DNA of 64,000 nt from an uncultured Candidatus Saccharibacteria bacterium (lineage in GTDB: Bacteria; Patescibacteriota; Saccharimonadia; Saccharimonadales; Saccharimonadaceae): positions 193,311 through 257,310 of the forward strand of contig CAURKU010000001.1 of NCBI GenBank assembly GCA_963525845.1, written 5' to 3'. Shown one piece after another: positions 1 through 10,548 of this stretch (position 1 is the stretch's first letter; the number at the start of each line of letters is the position of its first letter). The translations under genes and the position numbers were made by a program. The notes under the pieces are model-generated. The model was given only the letters and a program-made list of their open reading frames with translations. It ran no database searches and was not told the DNA's origin.

Positions 1-681
1 ATCAAATGGCACAATGGTCTTTGTTGCGCCGTGGGTCAGCTCAATATGAAGCTTAGGCAGTAGCTTCGCTTCCCCGTCTTCTAAAACAATAGGTACAAAT
101 ACAGCGAGTTTGTCAGCGATGATTGGCTCGGTTTGCTTAAATATGTCGACTATGGCTTGACAATGCTCCGAGTCGGCAAGTAGCTCATCAAACTCCGTGG
201 TGGCTTTTTCGGTGAGTCGTTGTATGATGAGCTGCTGTTGTTCGGAGTTAAGCTTGCTGAATGATTCCCTCGATAACACTCGGTTGACTAGCCCACCAGT
301 ATCATAAATCAGCTCGGCGTAATCCGACGGCTCCTCTGGTTCTTGTTGGCGAACTTCCATAATGTGAGACAATTCCAAACTATCGCCGTTGTCGAGCGCC
401 AAGCGTACTGTGCGTTCGCCCAACTCTGAGCTGACTTCAAATCGTGCGACTGCTTCTGAAAATTGTTCGACGCCTAATGTAGGCTCGCCTTCACTGTTGG
501 TATGAGGGGTTATGGCGGTGATGTCAACCGGCTTGCTCAGTAAGTCAGGGGTGAATAGTTGATGGTTCAGGGTTGTCTGTAATGCCTCGTCTGATACATC
601 CAAGGTAGTGTAAGCCATGTCCATCAGACCGTCCAAATCAATTGGTCGCTTCTGGGGACTGGTAAATGACGCTTCACTCAT
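1..681 (-). CDS. Hypothetical acidic protein, runs off the left edge (MSEASFTSPQKRPIDLDG...)
   Basis: ATG at 681 lies 6 nt downstream of TGGTATAAT; N-terminal part translated by hand; absent from the ORF track, probably because no stop falls in the window. Confidence 0.65.
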   Translation of the reverse strand, partial: MSEASFTSPQKRPIDLDGLMDMAYTTLDVSDEALQTTLNHQLFTPDLLSKPVDITAITPHTNSEGEPTLGVEQFSEAVARFEVSSELGERTVRLALDNGDSLELSHIMEVRQQEPEEPSDYAELIYDTGGLVNRVLSRESFSKLNSEQQQLIIQRLTEKATTEFDELLADSEHCQAIVDIFKQTEPIIADKLAVFVPIVLEDGEAKLLPKLHIELTHGATKTIVPFD

Positions 682-783
682 GTATATATTATACCAGTGA
701 ATTACAGAAAAATCAATAGCAGTGAGCTCATTTAATGGAATAGTTGCGTTTTTGGCAACAATGTGATAATATGTGTAATTACT

Positions 784-1020
784 ATGGAACGCGAGAAGAG
801 CAATTTCACACCTGGTGGGCATGATGAAGCAAACGTAGATGCGACCTTTGATGACATTATGACTGGTGCAGGTCTAACTGGCGAAGATATGGCTACGGTC
901 CCTAGGAAGTGTCGAGATTGTCCAGTGCTAAAGCACAATCTTGGGGGAATAGCTTGTATGCGCCAAGAAGTACAAGAAGGCCTGAGTATAGATACTGAAC
1001 AAGTAAACAGCGTTTACTGA
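784..1020 (+). CDS. Small hypothetical protein with CxxC (CRDCP)
   Basis: ORF track 763..1020; ATG 784 taken as more likely start; TGATG overlap with next ORF. Confidence 0.5.
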   Translation: MEREKSNFTPGGHDEANVDATFDDIMTGAGLTGEDMATVPRKCRDCPVLKHNLGGIACMRQEVQEGLSIDTEQVNSVY

Positions 1021-1313
1021 TGATGAGAGAGGCGGGCCATGAGGCCTTGGTGTCATTGACAGATGACCAGATAGGTCAAATGGCTACTAGTGCTACAGCC
1101 CATAAACAAAGAGAGGTCATGGAGATATTAGACAGCTTTGACAGGCAGTCAGCTAAATTACAAGCTGGCGTAGACCGTCTTACCAGTCACTGCGCAGGGC
1201 CTCTTAAGATGCGCGGTTCACGGGATGGTAAGACGGTGACAGTAACTAGCTGTATGTCGGGTATAATAACCCATTCAGGTGAGACAGGATTTGCTGACGT
1301 ACACTACAGTTAG
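1020..1313 (+). CDS. Small hypothetical protein (possibly C-terminal half of the preceding ORF)
   Basis: 97-aa ORF, helical centre, two Cys near C-terminus. Confidence 0.5.
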   Translation: MMREAGHEALVSLTDDQIGQMATSATAHKQREVMEILDSFDRQSAKLQAGVDRLTSHCAGPLKMRGSRDGKTVTVTSCMSGIITHSGETGFADVHYS

Positions 1314-2639
<1,326 letters not shown>

Positions 2640-2645
2640 GTTGTG

Positions 2646-3197
2646 TTAAGTACGAATAGTGACGATGTCGTCGGCTTGTAGCTTGATGATGCGTGACGCG
2701 ACTGCAGTAGTCACTTCTCCACCGTCGACATAGACACTCACCATATCACCGAAGTATTTGATGGCTTCGGTGATATTTTTGGCTGGTGGCATGCCAGCTG
2801 GGTTGGCGCTGGGCGCAAATAAGGGGCCGGTTTGGTGGATGAGACGTGCTAAGTTGCCAGTGACCAGTCGAAAAGCTAGCGTGCCGTTTTGGTGGGCGGT
2901 ATGTGGAAAATCGTTGCTGGCTGATACAATGATGCTGGTCGGTCGTTCGGCATTAAGCTGCAGGTAGTGCTGACGTTGAGCGGCAGTTAAACCTGGGATG
3001 TCTGATATGTCGGCGACCAGGATGATGCAGGATTCGTTAGCTGGACGATGTTTAGTGCGATACAGGCGCTCCATGGCGCAGTGGTTAGTTGCGGCAGCAA
3101 CGATGCCGTAGATGGTGTCGGTTCTGAGGACGACCAATTTGGCACTAGTGAGTGCCTCTGACACATGGGGGTCGGATATGGTATTTGTGATGAGCAT
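2646..3197 (-). CDS. tsaC: Threonylcarbamoyl-AMP synthase (TsaC/YrdC family)
   Basis: TDTIYGI, K-x-R, APSANPAG, VDGG motifs. Confidence 0.88.
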   Translation of the reverse strand: MLITNTISDPHVSEALTSAKLVVLRTDTIYGIVAAATNHCAMERLYRTKHRPANESCIILVADISDIPGLTAAQRQHYLQLNAERPTSIIVSASNDFPHTAHQNGTLAFRLVTGNLARLIHQTGPLFAPSANPAGMPPAKNITEAIKYFGDMVSVYVDGGEVTTAVASRIIKLQADDIVTIRT

Positions 3198-3213
3198 TGA
3201 ATTTTACTAGAGG

Positions 3214-3501
3214 TTAACCGCCAAGATTGTCGATAATGGTTTGCATAAGACCTCTAGGAGTTGGCGGCGGTGTTTGGTCTGGTTCTTGGGTTGATGATGT
3301 TTTTTCAGTTGAAGGTGCTGAAGTGGGCTCGGTGTTGATGTGGATAGAATTAGCAGCGGTATCGGCCGCTTTATTTAACGCGACAGCTGTCGGGATGAAT
3401 AAAGCAGAGGTGATGGCTACTGCACCGACAACGGATGTGATGGTGTCTTTGAGTCCCCTTTCGTTCTCTGTTGATAGCTTTGCAAATTCTGCCAGATCCA
3501 T
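3214..3501 (-). CDS. Small single-TM hypothetical protein with Thr/Pro-rich tail
   Basis: Hydrophobic segment; TGATATAAT 6 nt upstream of ATG. Confidence 0.6.
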   Translation of the reverse strand: MDLAEFAKLSTENERGLKDTITSVVGAVAITSALFIPTAVALNKAADTAANSIHINTEPTSAPSTEKTSSTQEPDQTPPPTPRGLMQTIIDNLGG

Positions 3502-3530
3502 ATTTATATTATATCATATTTAGCCATAAC

Positions 3531-3566
3531 ATACAATTACTCCCGCCTGAGCGAGAGTAATTTGTA
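3531..3566. terminator. Hairpin downstream of rplK
   Basis: TACAATTACTC(C)CGC...GCGAGAGTAATTTGTA inverted repeat. Confidence 0.55.
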
Positions 3567-3584
3567 GTTGACGCGAGAAACTGA

Positions 3585-4010
3585 TTAGTCAGTGACTTCA
3601 ACACCCATGCTGCGAGCAGTACCGGCGATGATTTTAACGGCGCCGTCTGTGTCGATGGCGTTGAGCTGGTCTTTTTTGACTTCAGCGATTTCTTCCAGTT
3701 GAGCGCGGGTGATTTTACCAACTTTGTCGGTGTGTGGCTTGCCGCTACCCTTTTGGATGCCGGCTTTTTCGCGGATCATGTCGTCCACTGGCTGACCCAA
3801 TGATTTCCATGTGAAAGTGCGGTCTTCGAACACTTGAATGTGCACAATGACGTCTTTGCCCATCAAATCTTTGGTGGCGTCGTTAAATGGATTGATGAAA
3901 TCCATCATGTTTAGTCCCCACTGACCCAAGGTTGAACCAACTGGAGGCCCAGCGGTAGCGCGACCAGCTGGAATACGTAGTTTTAGATTTCCAATGACTT
4001 TCTTTGCCAT
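3585..4010 (-). CDS. rplK: 50S ribosomal protein L11
   Basis: MAKKVIG...PAGRATAGPPVG...GTARSMGV; start reassigned to ATG 4010. Confidence 0.97.
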   Translation of the reverse strand: MAKKVIGNLKLRIPAGRATAGPPVGSTLGQWGLNMMDFINPFNDATKDLMGKDVIVHIQVFEDRTFTWKSLGQPVDDMIREKAGIQKGSGKPHTDKVGKITRAQLEEIAEVKKDQLNAIDTDGAVKIIAGTARSMGVEVTD

Positions 4011-4098
4011 GATGATAAACCCTTTCAAAATTAGTTGAAGCGTATTGAAAGTGTGCGTAACATAGGTATTATACAAAAAAGTGTGGTATAATTCAAGC

Positions 4099-4650
4099 AT
4101 GAACGTGCGAGGCCCGCTCCCGATTAAGCGCATCATCAACGCGTTTGGTGCGGTGGGCTACACATTGCTCCTATTTGTTTACGCAATCATCTCCCTGTCC
4201 GCCGTAGTTTGGCTGATTCGTCGCGGTAAGTTCTTTGGACTGTCAGTGAATTTGCGCACCGCAGAACCATTGATACAGACAGCACCGACAGAACCAGAGC
4301 CGCTGATGGCGCAGTTGTTGAGTGCTGCGTTGGGGATTGCCACGGCGTTGGTGCTGGTCATCACTCTCACGGCCCTCACCTATTGGCTGGGACGTGGTGG
4401 GTCGCGGATGTTGAAGCGGTCAGTGCGGTTTTGTCAGTGTCCCGTCACCTTGGTGACGTTGTTGGTAGGCAAAGTGTTGGCTTGTGGCGTGGCGACGGTG
4501 CCAGTTTTATTGGCTGGTATTTTGCAGATGGGTAATCTGTGGGTGGTGATCATTTTGTTGGGATTTATCACTGTGGCGTTGATCATTTTTCTACTGCAGC
4601 ATTATCTGGCACACACCAGTGAAGTGGTACAAGCCAAAGACGTTTGGTAG
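4099..4650 (+). CDS. Multi-pass membrane hypothetical protein
   Basis: About 4 hydrophobic segments; TGGTATAAT 6 nt upstream of ATG 4099. Confidence 0.75.
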   Translation: MNVRGPLPIKRIINAFGAVGYTLLLFVYAIISLSAVVWLIRRGKFFGLSVNLRTAEPLIQTAPTEPEPLMAQLLSAALGIATALVLVITLTALTYWLGRGGSRMLKRSVRFCQCPVTLVTLLVGKVLACGVATVPVLLAGILQMGNLWVVIILLGFITVALIIFLLQHYLAHTSEVVQAKDVW

Positions 4651-4666
4651 TTTGATGCGCGATGCA

Positions 4667-5146
4667 TTATTTTTTGCGTGAGAAAAAGTGCGTGACTGCG
4701 TTGCCAATAATGATGCCGCTTGCCACGCCGCCAGCAATGGTCAAAGCTTTGACCGCCTCTTTGCCAATCTCTGAGAGCGCCAACATGCGAGCTATCTTTG
4801 GGTCTTTGATTTCAAGGCTGGTTGGGATTTCAGGTGGAGGAGTGTCGTCCTTTGGCGTCTGTGCCTCTTTTGATACGGTAGGTATGCTGTCGTATGTGGA
4901 ATTTATCATATTGGCCTGGTGTTGCCCCAGGGATATTGCAAAATTGGCAGCAAAATAAGCAGGCATACGTGAGAGGTCTTCTTCACATTCTTCTACGGAC
5001 TCCTCGTATAGTTGGTTTACATATAGTTTAGCTTGCGCTGGTATATCTGCCTGCTTTTCTGGAATACTGTCTGGAGCGATGGCATGTGCTGCAGCCATAA
5101 CTGCCTGTCTATCGCTTTCCATCAGATCGGCAAACCAAGCGAGCAA
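4667..5146 (-). CDS. Hypothetical protein with C-terminal membrane anchor (start uncertain)
   Basis: ORF ends in a hydrophobic stretch plus RKK; may be frameshifted from the upstream ORF. Confidence 0.55.
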   Translation of the reverse strand: MLAWFADLMESDRQAVMAAAHAIAPDSIPEKQADIPAQAKLYVNQLYEESVEECEEDLSRMPAYFAANFAISLGQHQANMINSTYDSIPTVSKEAQTPKDDTPPPEIPTSLEIKDPKIARMLALSEIGKEAVKALTIAGGVASGIIIGNAVTHFFSRKK

Positions 5147-5502
5147 AGATTCCTTTTGCTTTGGTGTTGTCGGTAATCTTGTAAATAATGGGTGGCGAGT
5201 TCTCGTAGTGCTGGGAGATACTGCATATTTAATAAGGTGCTGGACTTATTGAGGACACGCTGTTGCTCATCAATAGTCTGGTTGGCAGATAGTTTTCCAA
5301 AGGTTGTGATCAAACTATTTATGGCGACTAGATGTTTACGGGAGGCATCTGCTAACTCATTGCCATCAGGCTCACCTAGTGCTTCTAGCCATTCTTCTGA
5401 GGCTTTGGTAGCCTCCTGGGCAGTGTCGTCACCGGGCTGTACAATATTTTCGTTATTATTGGAGTTATCATCACTGGGTTGTGGCATTTCTAGTGTGCTC
5501 AT
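5122..5502 (-). CDS. Hypothetical protein
   Basis: 126-aa ORF, GGAGAGG SD-like sequence upstream. Confidence 0.55.
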   Translation of the reverse strand: MSTLEMPQPSDDNSNNNENIVQPGDDTAQEATKASEEWLEALGEPDGNELADASRKHLVAINSLITTFGKLSANQTIDEQQRVLNKSSTLLNMQYLPALRELATHYLQDYRQHQSKRNLCSLGLPI

Positions 5503-5558
5503 TGTAAAACCTCTCCACCCTTTTGATAATATATAAATTGGACTGTCTGGTCTACGTG

Positions 5559-6104
5559 TTAGACTTTTTTCACCTGCAAAGCGTCAAGTTCAACTGGAGT
5601 GTCACGTCCAAACATGCTGACCATGACACGGATTTTGCCTTTAATTGGGTCAATTTCGGCGATCGCACCGTCAAAGCCCTTGAACGGACCATCGGTGATG
5701 GAAACAACTTCACCCTCTGAGAAATCAATCTGGTGCTTTGGCTCTTCGACACCCATGCGCTTTTTGATTTTGGCAATTTCTTTGTCAGAAACTGGTGTTG
5801 GCGTAGTGTCGGCACCGACAAATCCAGTCACGCCAGGCGTGTTGCGGATGATGTACCACGTCTCATCAGTCAAATTCATCTCCACTAACACATAGCCCTG
5901 GAAGATTTTGGCTTCAACGACTTTGCGTTTGCCGTTTTTGATTTGGATTTGTTTTTCTTTTGGGACCATAACATCGAAAATTTTGTCTGCCATATCAACA
6001 CCGTTGATGCGCTGACGGATGGATTCTGCTACTTTTTCTTCGTAACCAGAATAAGTGTGAATAGCGTACCACTGACGGGTTGAGTCGTAACGATTATTTG
6101 CCAT
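5559..6104 (-). CDS. nusG: Transcription elongation factor NusG
   Basis: WYAIHTYSGYE, GYVLVEM, KOW motif GPFKGFDG, MFGRDTPVEL. Confidence 0.98.
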   Translation of the reverse strand: MANNRYDSTRQWYAIHTYSGYEEKVAESIRQRINGVDMADKIFDVMVPKEKQIQIKNGKRKVVEAKIFQGYVLVEMNLTDETWYIIRNTPGVTGFVGADTTPTPVSDKEIAKIKKRMGVEEPKHQIDFSEGEVVSITDGPFKGFDGAIAEIDPIKGKIRVMVSMFGRDTPVELDALQVKKV

Positions 6105-6122
6105 AAAAAACTCCTTTTACCT

Positions 6123-6449
6123 TTATTTCAAAATTTGCTCAAAGACCCAGTTAAATCCAGCGTCAAGTAATAAAATCAATGTGGTAAGCAGTAATGTGAA
6201 GCCAATCACGGTGCCTGTCATGATCCAGGTGTTGGCGCGGGTTGGCCAACGAACCAGCTTCAGCTCGGCCCACGCTCCCTTGAAATAACCAACAAATGAG
6301 TCGCGCATGCCTGAATCTGACTCAGTCTTGTTGACAGCACGTGCTGGTTTGGTGGTTGGTTTCTTTTTGATGGTTTTTTTAGGGGAATCATCCGTTGCCT
6401 TGATGCGGCGTACGGTAGTTTTCCCTGTCTGCTTACCCTTTTCTACCAT
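6123..6449 (-). CDS. secE: Preprotein translocase subunit SecE
   Basis: ELKLVRWPTR followed by a TM helix; directly upstream of nusG. Confidence 0.93.
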   Translation of the reverse strand: MVEKGKQTGKTTVRRIKATDDSPKKTIKKKPTTKPARAVNKTESDSGMRDSFVGYFKGAWAELKLVRWPTRANTWIMTGTVIGFTLLLTTLILLLDAGFNWVFEQILK

Positions 6450-6539
6450 GTGTTTCTCCCAAATTAAAAAGTCTGTTTTTCACAGACTGTCAAGTATAGC
6501 TTAGCACAAAAAATGCATGCATTGCAAGTTTGAGCGGTA

Positions 6540-7751
6540 TTATTGCTTTTTGGCGGGCTTTGCCGGTGGCAGGCTGAAGCTAAAAGTTGATCCGTGATTG
6601 AGACGGCTTTCTAGTTTGATGGTACAGCCGAGTTTGCGGGCTAGTTTGGCCGCCACGTACAACCCTAGTCCAGTACCGCTGGTTTCGCGGGTGCGATAAT
6701 CTTCGGCGCGGAAGAAACGGTCAAAGATTTTTTTCTGATCACTGCGCCCGATGCCGATGCCGGTGTCTTTGACACCAAAATAGACTTTGCCGCCGCTGCG
6801 TTTCATGATGAGGGTGATTGAGCCTTTTTGGGTATATTTGATGGCGTTGGTGATGAAGTTTTGTAATAACTCTTCAAGGTATAGCCGAGAGACATTGACA
6901 TTGCCAACGCCTGCTCTGACGTCCAGGTTGAATGCCAATTTTTTCTCTGTTGCCTGCGGCTCGTATTCGTGGCGGAGTTTTTCGGCCAGTTCAGTGACGT
7001 TGATGAGCTCTGATTCATCAGCAATACCACGCTCTGCGCGAGACAGCGTGCTGAGATCGTTGACGATGCGGGCTAAGAACATGATTTGTTTGTGGGCTTC
7101 GGCAAGTGAATCGTCCAATTTGTCGGTCATGCCGCGGTGCATCATGAGCTGAACGTTGGAGAGTGAAGCTTCGGCGATGGTGATGGGGGTGCGTAGTTCG
7201 TGGCTAATCACGCTGATGAATTCATCACGCTCTTCTTCTAGGCTTTTGACTCGCGTGATGTCACGCAAAATGAGTACATAGCCATCAGAAGTGAGCGTGT
7301 CGCTACCGCCCTGTACTGGCGCGAATGTAGCCGACAACCGCACACGGTCGCCGCCCTCAAGAGGCATGATGATGTCGTCACGGGTACGAATGGCTGGTGA
7401 TTTTCGCAGCTCTTTAAATACAGGAACTGGCTGTTTGTCGTTGGTTTCAAAGTTTAATAGCTCATCAATGTGCACACCCTGAATGCTGGCGTTGGTGTCA
7501 AGCAGACTCAAAGCGGCGGCATTGTAGAGGCTGATGATGCCGTGGGCGTCCATGCTGATGATGGCGTCAGTGAGGTTGTTCACCAGTGTCAATACACGGT
7601 CGCGTTCTAGCCGTTCACGGGAGCGACTGCGTCGTAGTTCTTGGCGTGACTGGTGCCGTCCGCGATAGGCGATGACGACGGCTGCTAGAAACATCAGCCA
7701 TGATATGACAAGCAAAATGATGATGGCATAGATAAGATTCCCTCCCTGCAT
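6540..7751 (-). CDS. Membrane-anchored PAS-domain sensor histidine kinase
   Basis: N-terminal TM, PAS-like region, H-box SHELRTP, N-box NAIKYT, DTGIGI, GTGLGL. Confidence 0.93.
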   Translation of the reverse strand: MQGGNLIYAIIILLVISWLMFLAAVVIAYRGRHQSRQELRRSRSRERLERDRVLTLVNNLTDAIISMDAHGIISLYNAAALSLLDTNASIQGVHIDELLNFETNDKQPVPVFKELRKSPAIRTRDDIIMPLEGGDRVRLSATFAPVQGGSDTLTSDGYVLILRDITRVKSLEEERDEFISVISHELRTPITIAEASLSNVQLMMHRGMTDKLDDSLAEAHKQIMFLARIVNDLSTLSRAERGIADESELINVTELAEKLRHEYEPQATEKKLAFNLDVRAGVGNVNVSRLYLEELLQNFITNAIKYTQKGSITLIMKRSGGKVYFGVKDTGIGIGRSDQKKIFDRFFRAEDYRTRETSGTGLGLYVAAKLARKLGCTIKLESRLNHGSTFSFSLPPAKPAKKQ

Positions 7752-7773
7752 ATGTACCAGTATAGCATAAGCA

Positions 7774-8460
7774 TTATACGTGTGGAGTATATTTTTTCAG
7801 GGCGTCGCGGTGTCGTTTATAGTGCGGGTCGATGGCGGCAACTTCGCACCAAAATGCTTGCGAGTGATTCATCTGGCGCGTGTGGCACAGTTCATGGATG
7901 AGGACGTAGTCCAATAGTTCAAACGGTAGATTCATGAGGGCGATATTTAGGCTGATAGTACCGTTTGAGGAACAACTGCCCCAGCGACTGGACGAATGTG
8001 TGAGTCGGGTTTTGTCGTAGTGAAAGCCGTGTTGCTCTGCTAAAAATTTGAGGCGGCGCGGTAAATAGCTTTTAGCTTCTTTGCGCAGGGCTTTGACGAC
8101 GTGGTCGCGAATGGATTGTTGAAACATGGGGTCGGTGAAATTTTGCTCGTCCGTTACCCTGACGATGATGGTAGTTCCGACGGTTTTGACAGCGGGTGCT
8201 CCCTGCTCCACTAGTAGGTTGTGACTTTTGCCAATTTGTTGAGGTGTACCGTATGAAAAATCACCTTGCTGTTCGGTGATGAGTTGGTGGATGCTGCGGC
8301 GTGACTGTTTGACGAGGAGTTTGGCGGAAGCCAGTGGCGCGTGAAGCGGCATGGTGATGCGGATGCGACCGTTTGGGGCGATACGCAAACTGACGCGACT
8401 AGCTAGGGCGCGCCTGGTGACAGTGATCTCGCCAAATTCAGGATCAGTGATGGTTGGCAT
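7774..8460 (-). CDS. YgjP/DUF45 (M48-like) zinc metallopeptidase family protein
   Basis: SRWGSCS, DYVLIHELCH, NHSQAFW. Confidence 0.9.
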   Translation of the reverse strand: MPTITDPEFGEITVTRRALASRVSLRIAPNGRIRITMPLHAPLASAKLLVKQSRRSIHQLITEQQGDFSYGTPQQIGKSHNLLVEQGAPAVKTVGTTIIVRVTDEQNFTDPMFQQSIRDHVVKALRKEAKSYLPRRLKFLAEQHGFHYDKTRLTHSSSRWGSCSSNGTISLNIALMNLPFELLDYVLIHELCHTRQMNHSQAFWCEVAAIDPHYKRHRDALKKYTPHV

Positions 8461-8472
8461 CTCGCTCCTTGT

Positions 8473-9027
8473 TTATTGAACCCGTACTCGTCCGCCAATT
8501 GACCGTGGCTGAGTACGTATAGAAGCAGCTGGACGGGTGGCATCGCTGAGTTTTTTCAAAAGTGTTTTTGCCTGCGTATTGTAGGTGTGACGACCACTGA
8601 TGACCATGTAAGGCTCGCTAGCATGCGGCGGTGAGAAAGTTCGTAATTTCTGTTCGAACAGCGCTTCATCGCCGTTGTGTGAACGAAGCCATCTGGCTCT
8701 GGACATGGCGGGGTCGGTCTGCACCCACACAAACAATGGCTTAAATCCAGCCTCACGAGCGACTTTGGCGATGTCGGAACGCCAAGCACGCTTTTCGGTG
8801 TTGCCGTCGAAAATGATTGTCTGTCTTGGCTTGAGTAACTCTCGAAGCAAATCGATTGCAGCTTTGTGAATCAGCGCGTCATCGCTCGACAATTCACGCA
8901 GCGTGTCACTGCTTAACATTGGCGCATTGAACATTTTGGCAAATTCAGTCGCAAACTGTGTTTTTCCCGCCCCCGGTGCGCCGACCATGATAATCAAGTG
9001 CGGCGAAGATAACTGCAATGGTTTCAT
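8473..9027 (-). CDS. P-loop kinase (AAA_33-like)
   Basis: Walker A GAPGAGKT, IIFDG; start ATG 9027 is 6 nt after TGGTATACT. Confidence 0.8.
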   Translation of the reverse strand: MKPLQLSSPHLIIMVGAPGAGKTQFATEFAKMFNAPMLSSDTLRELSSDDALIHKAAIDLLRELLKPRQTIIFDGNTEKRAWRSDIAKVAREAGFKPLFVWVQTDPAMSRARWLRSHNGDEALFEQKLRTFSPPHASEPYMVISGRHTYNTQAKTLLKKLSDATRPAASIRTQPRSIGGRVRVQ

Positions 9028-9103
9028 GAAATCAGTATACCACACGCCTGGTGAGAAAAAAACAGAGGGAAAACCTCTGCTATTTTATGGCTCTACGGCT
9101 CTA

Positions 9104-9179
9104 TGGCAGGGGAGACAGGACTCGAACCTGCGACACCCGGTTTTGGAGACCGGTGCTCTACCAACTGAGCTACTCCCCT
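9104..9179 (-). tRNA. tRNA-Trp (CCA)
   Basis: 76-nt cloverleaf AGGGGAG...GGTTCGA...CCA, anticodon loop CTCCAAA. Confidence 0.97.
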
Positions 9180-9336
9180 GTGTCTTGGCGTTATTTTACA
9201 TGATTTTTCCGTCCTCGGCAACTCATTTTGGGTGATTTGAGGAGGCTATCTGACAGGTCGCTGCGTGAAATACTCCTGAAAAACCGTGAAAAACTATTGA
9301 AAAAACATAAGCATCGTTTTATGATGAATAGTAGGT

Positions 9337-10548
9337 ATGAAAATATTGATGCTTGGGTGGGAATTACCTCCGCATAATAGCGGAGGGTTAGGCGTCGCAT
9401 GTTATCAGATGTCACGGGCACTAGCTGACTGTGGTGTGGATATTGATTTTGTTGTGCCCTACTCTGCCGAGCATCCGAATATTGATTTCATGAATGTGCA
9501 CGCAGCGACGCATTTGGAGGCATCAAAAGATGGTTTTGGCGCCTATGATGATTTGGGCACTTCGGACAAGCAAGCGCATGATTGCGGGCTGGGCGGTATG
9601 CGGGCGGTGCAGCGACGATATAACTGCTTTGTGAAAGAATTTGTCAAACAGCATCCTCCAGACGCTATCCACGCTCATGATTGGTTGACCATGGAAGCGG
9701 GCATCATCGCTAAACAGCAGTGCAATGCGCCTTTGATCGTGCATGTGCATGCGACCGAATTTGACCGTTCTGGTGAGAATGAAGGCAATCCATTGGTGCA
9801 TGAGATTGAGCAGCAAGGGTTGTTGATGGCTGACCGAATCATCGCCGTGAGTCACATCACCAAAGATATCATTGTCAAGAATTATCATATTCCACCAGAG
9901 AAAATCGAGGTTGTCTATAATGCCATCGACCTAGATGAGCTGCCGCCACATGAATATGACCAAGGAACCTATCAATACTTGGAAGACTTGAAAAAAGAGG
10001 GCTATATCATCGTTGGCGCGTTGACCCGACTGACGGTACAAAAAGGTTTGACCTATCTGATTCGGGCGGTGGCTGAGGCCATCAACCAGCACCAAAAAAT
10101 TGCATTACTGCTGAGCGGTAGTGGTGAGCAGCGCGACGAACTGGTTGCTTTGGCGGCACACCTGGGCATTAGTGACAAAGTGGTCTTTACGGGTTTTGTG
10201 CGCGGTCGGCAGTGGCGCGATGCTTACCATCTGATCGACGTGTTTGTCATGAGCTCAGTGTCAGAGCCATTTGGATTGACAGCGTTAGAAGCGGCGCATC
10301 ATGACACAGCCCTACTCATCAGTCGCCAGTCTGGTGTTGGCGAAGTGCTGCATAACATTTTACGATTTGACTATTGGGATACTAACAAATTGGCGCGACA
10401 GATCGTCATGTTGGCGCGCTCGCCTGCTCTTTTGGAAATTCTCAAGGAAGATGTCAAAACAGAATACGCCCAACTGTCCTGGCATGACGCGGCTCAGCAT
10501 TGTTTGAAATTGTACGAGCAGGCTCGAACAAAAGGCGGTGGTGCATGA
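9337..10548 (+). CDS. GT4-family glycosyltransferase (glycogen-synthase-like)
   Basis: WELPP..SGGLG, HAHDW, EPFGLTALEA; coupled to a GH57 gene. Confidence 0.88.
   Translation: MKILMLGWELPPHNSGGLGVACYQMSRALADCGVDIDFVVPYSAEHPNIDFMNVHAATHLEASKDGFGAYDDLGTSDKQAHDCGLGGMRAVQRRYNCFVKEFVKQHPPDAIHAHDWLTMEAGIIAKQQCNAPLIVHVHATEFDRSGENEGNPLVHEIEQQGLLMADRIIAVSHITKDIIVKNYHIPPEKIEVVYNAIDLDELPPHEYDQGTYQYLEDLKKEGYIIVGALTRLTVQKGLTYLIRAVAEAINQHQKIALLLSGSGEQRDELVALAAHLGISDKVVFTGFVRGRQWRDAYHLIDVFVMSSVSEPFGLTALEAAHHDTALLISRQSGVGEVLHNILRFDYWDTNKLARQIVMLARSPALLEILKEDVKTEYAQLSWHDAAQHCLKLYEQARTKGGGA

Noticed and set aside
9104..9179. Alternative genetic code (UGA recoding)
   Set aside because: Long conserved genes translate intact under code 11, TGA acts as a stop (e.g. 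10546-10548) and the tRNA-Trp anticodon is CCA.
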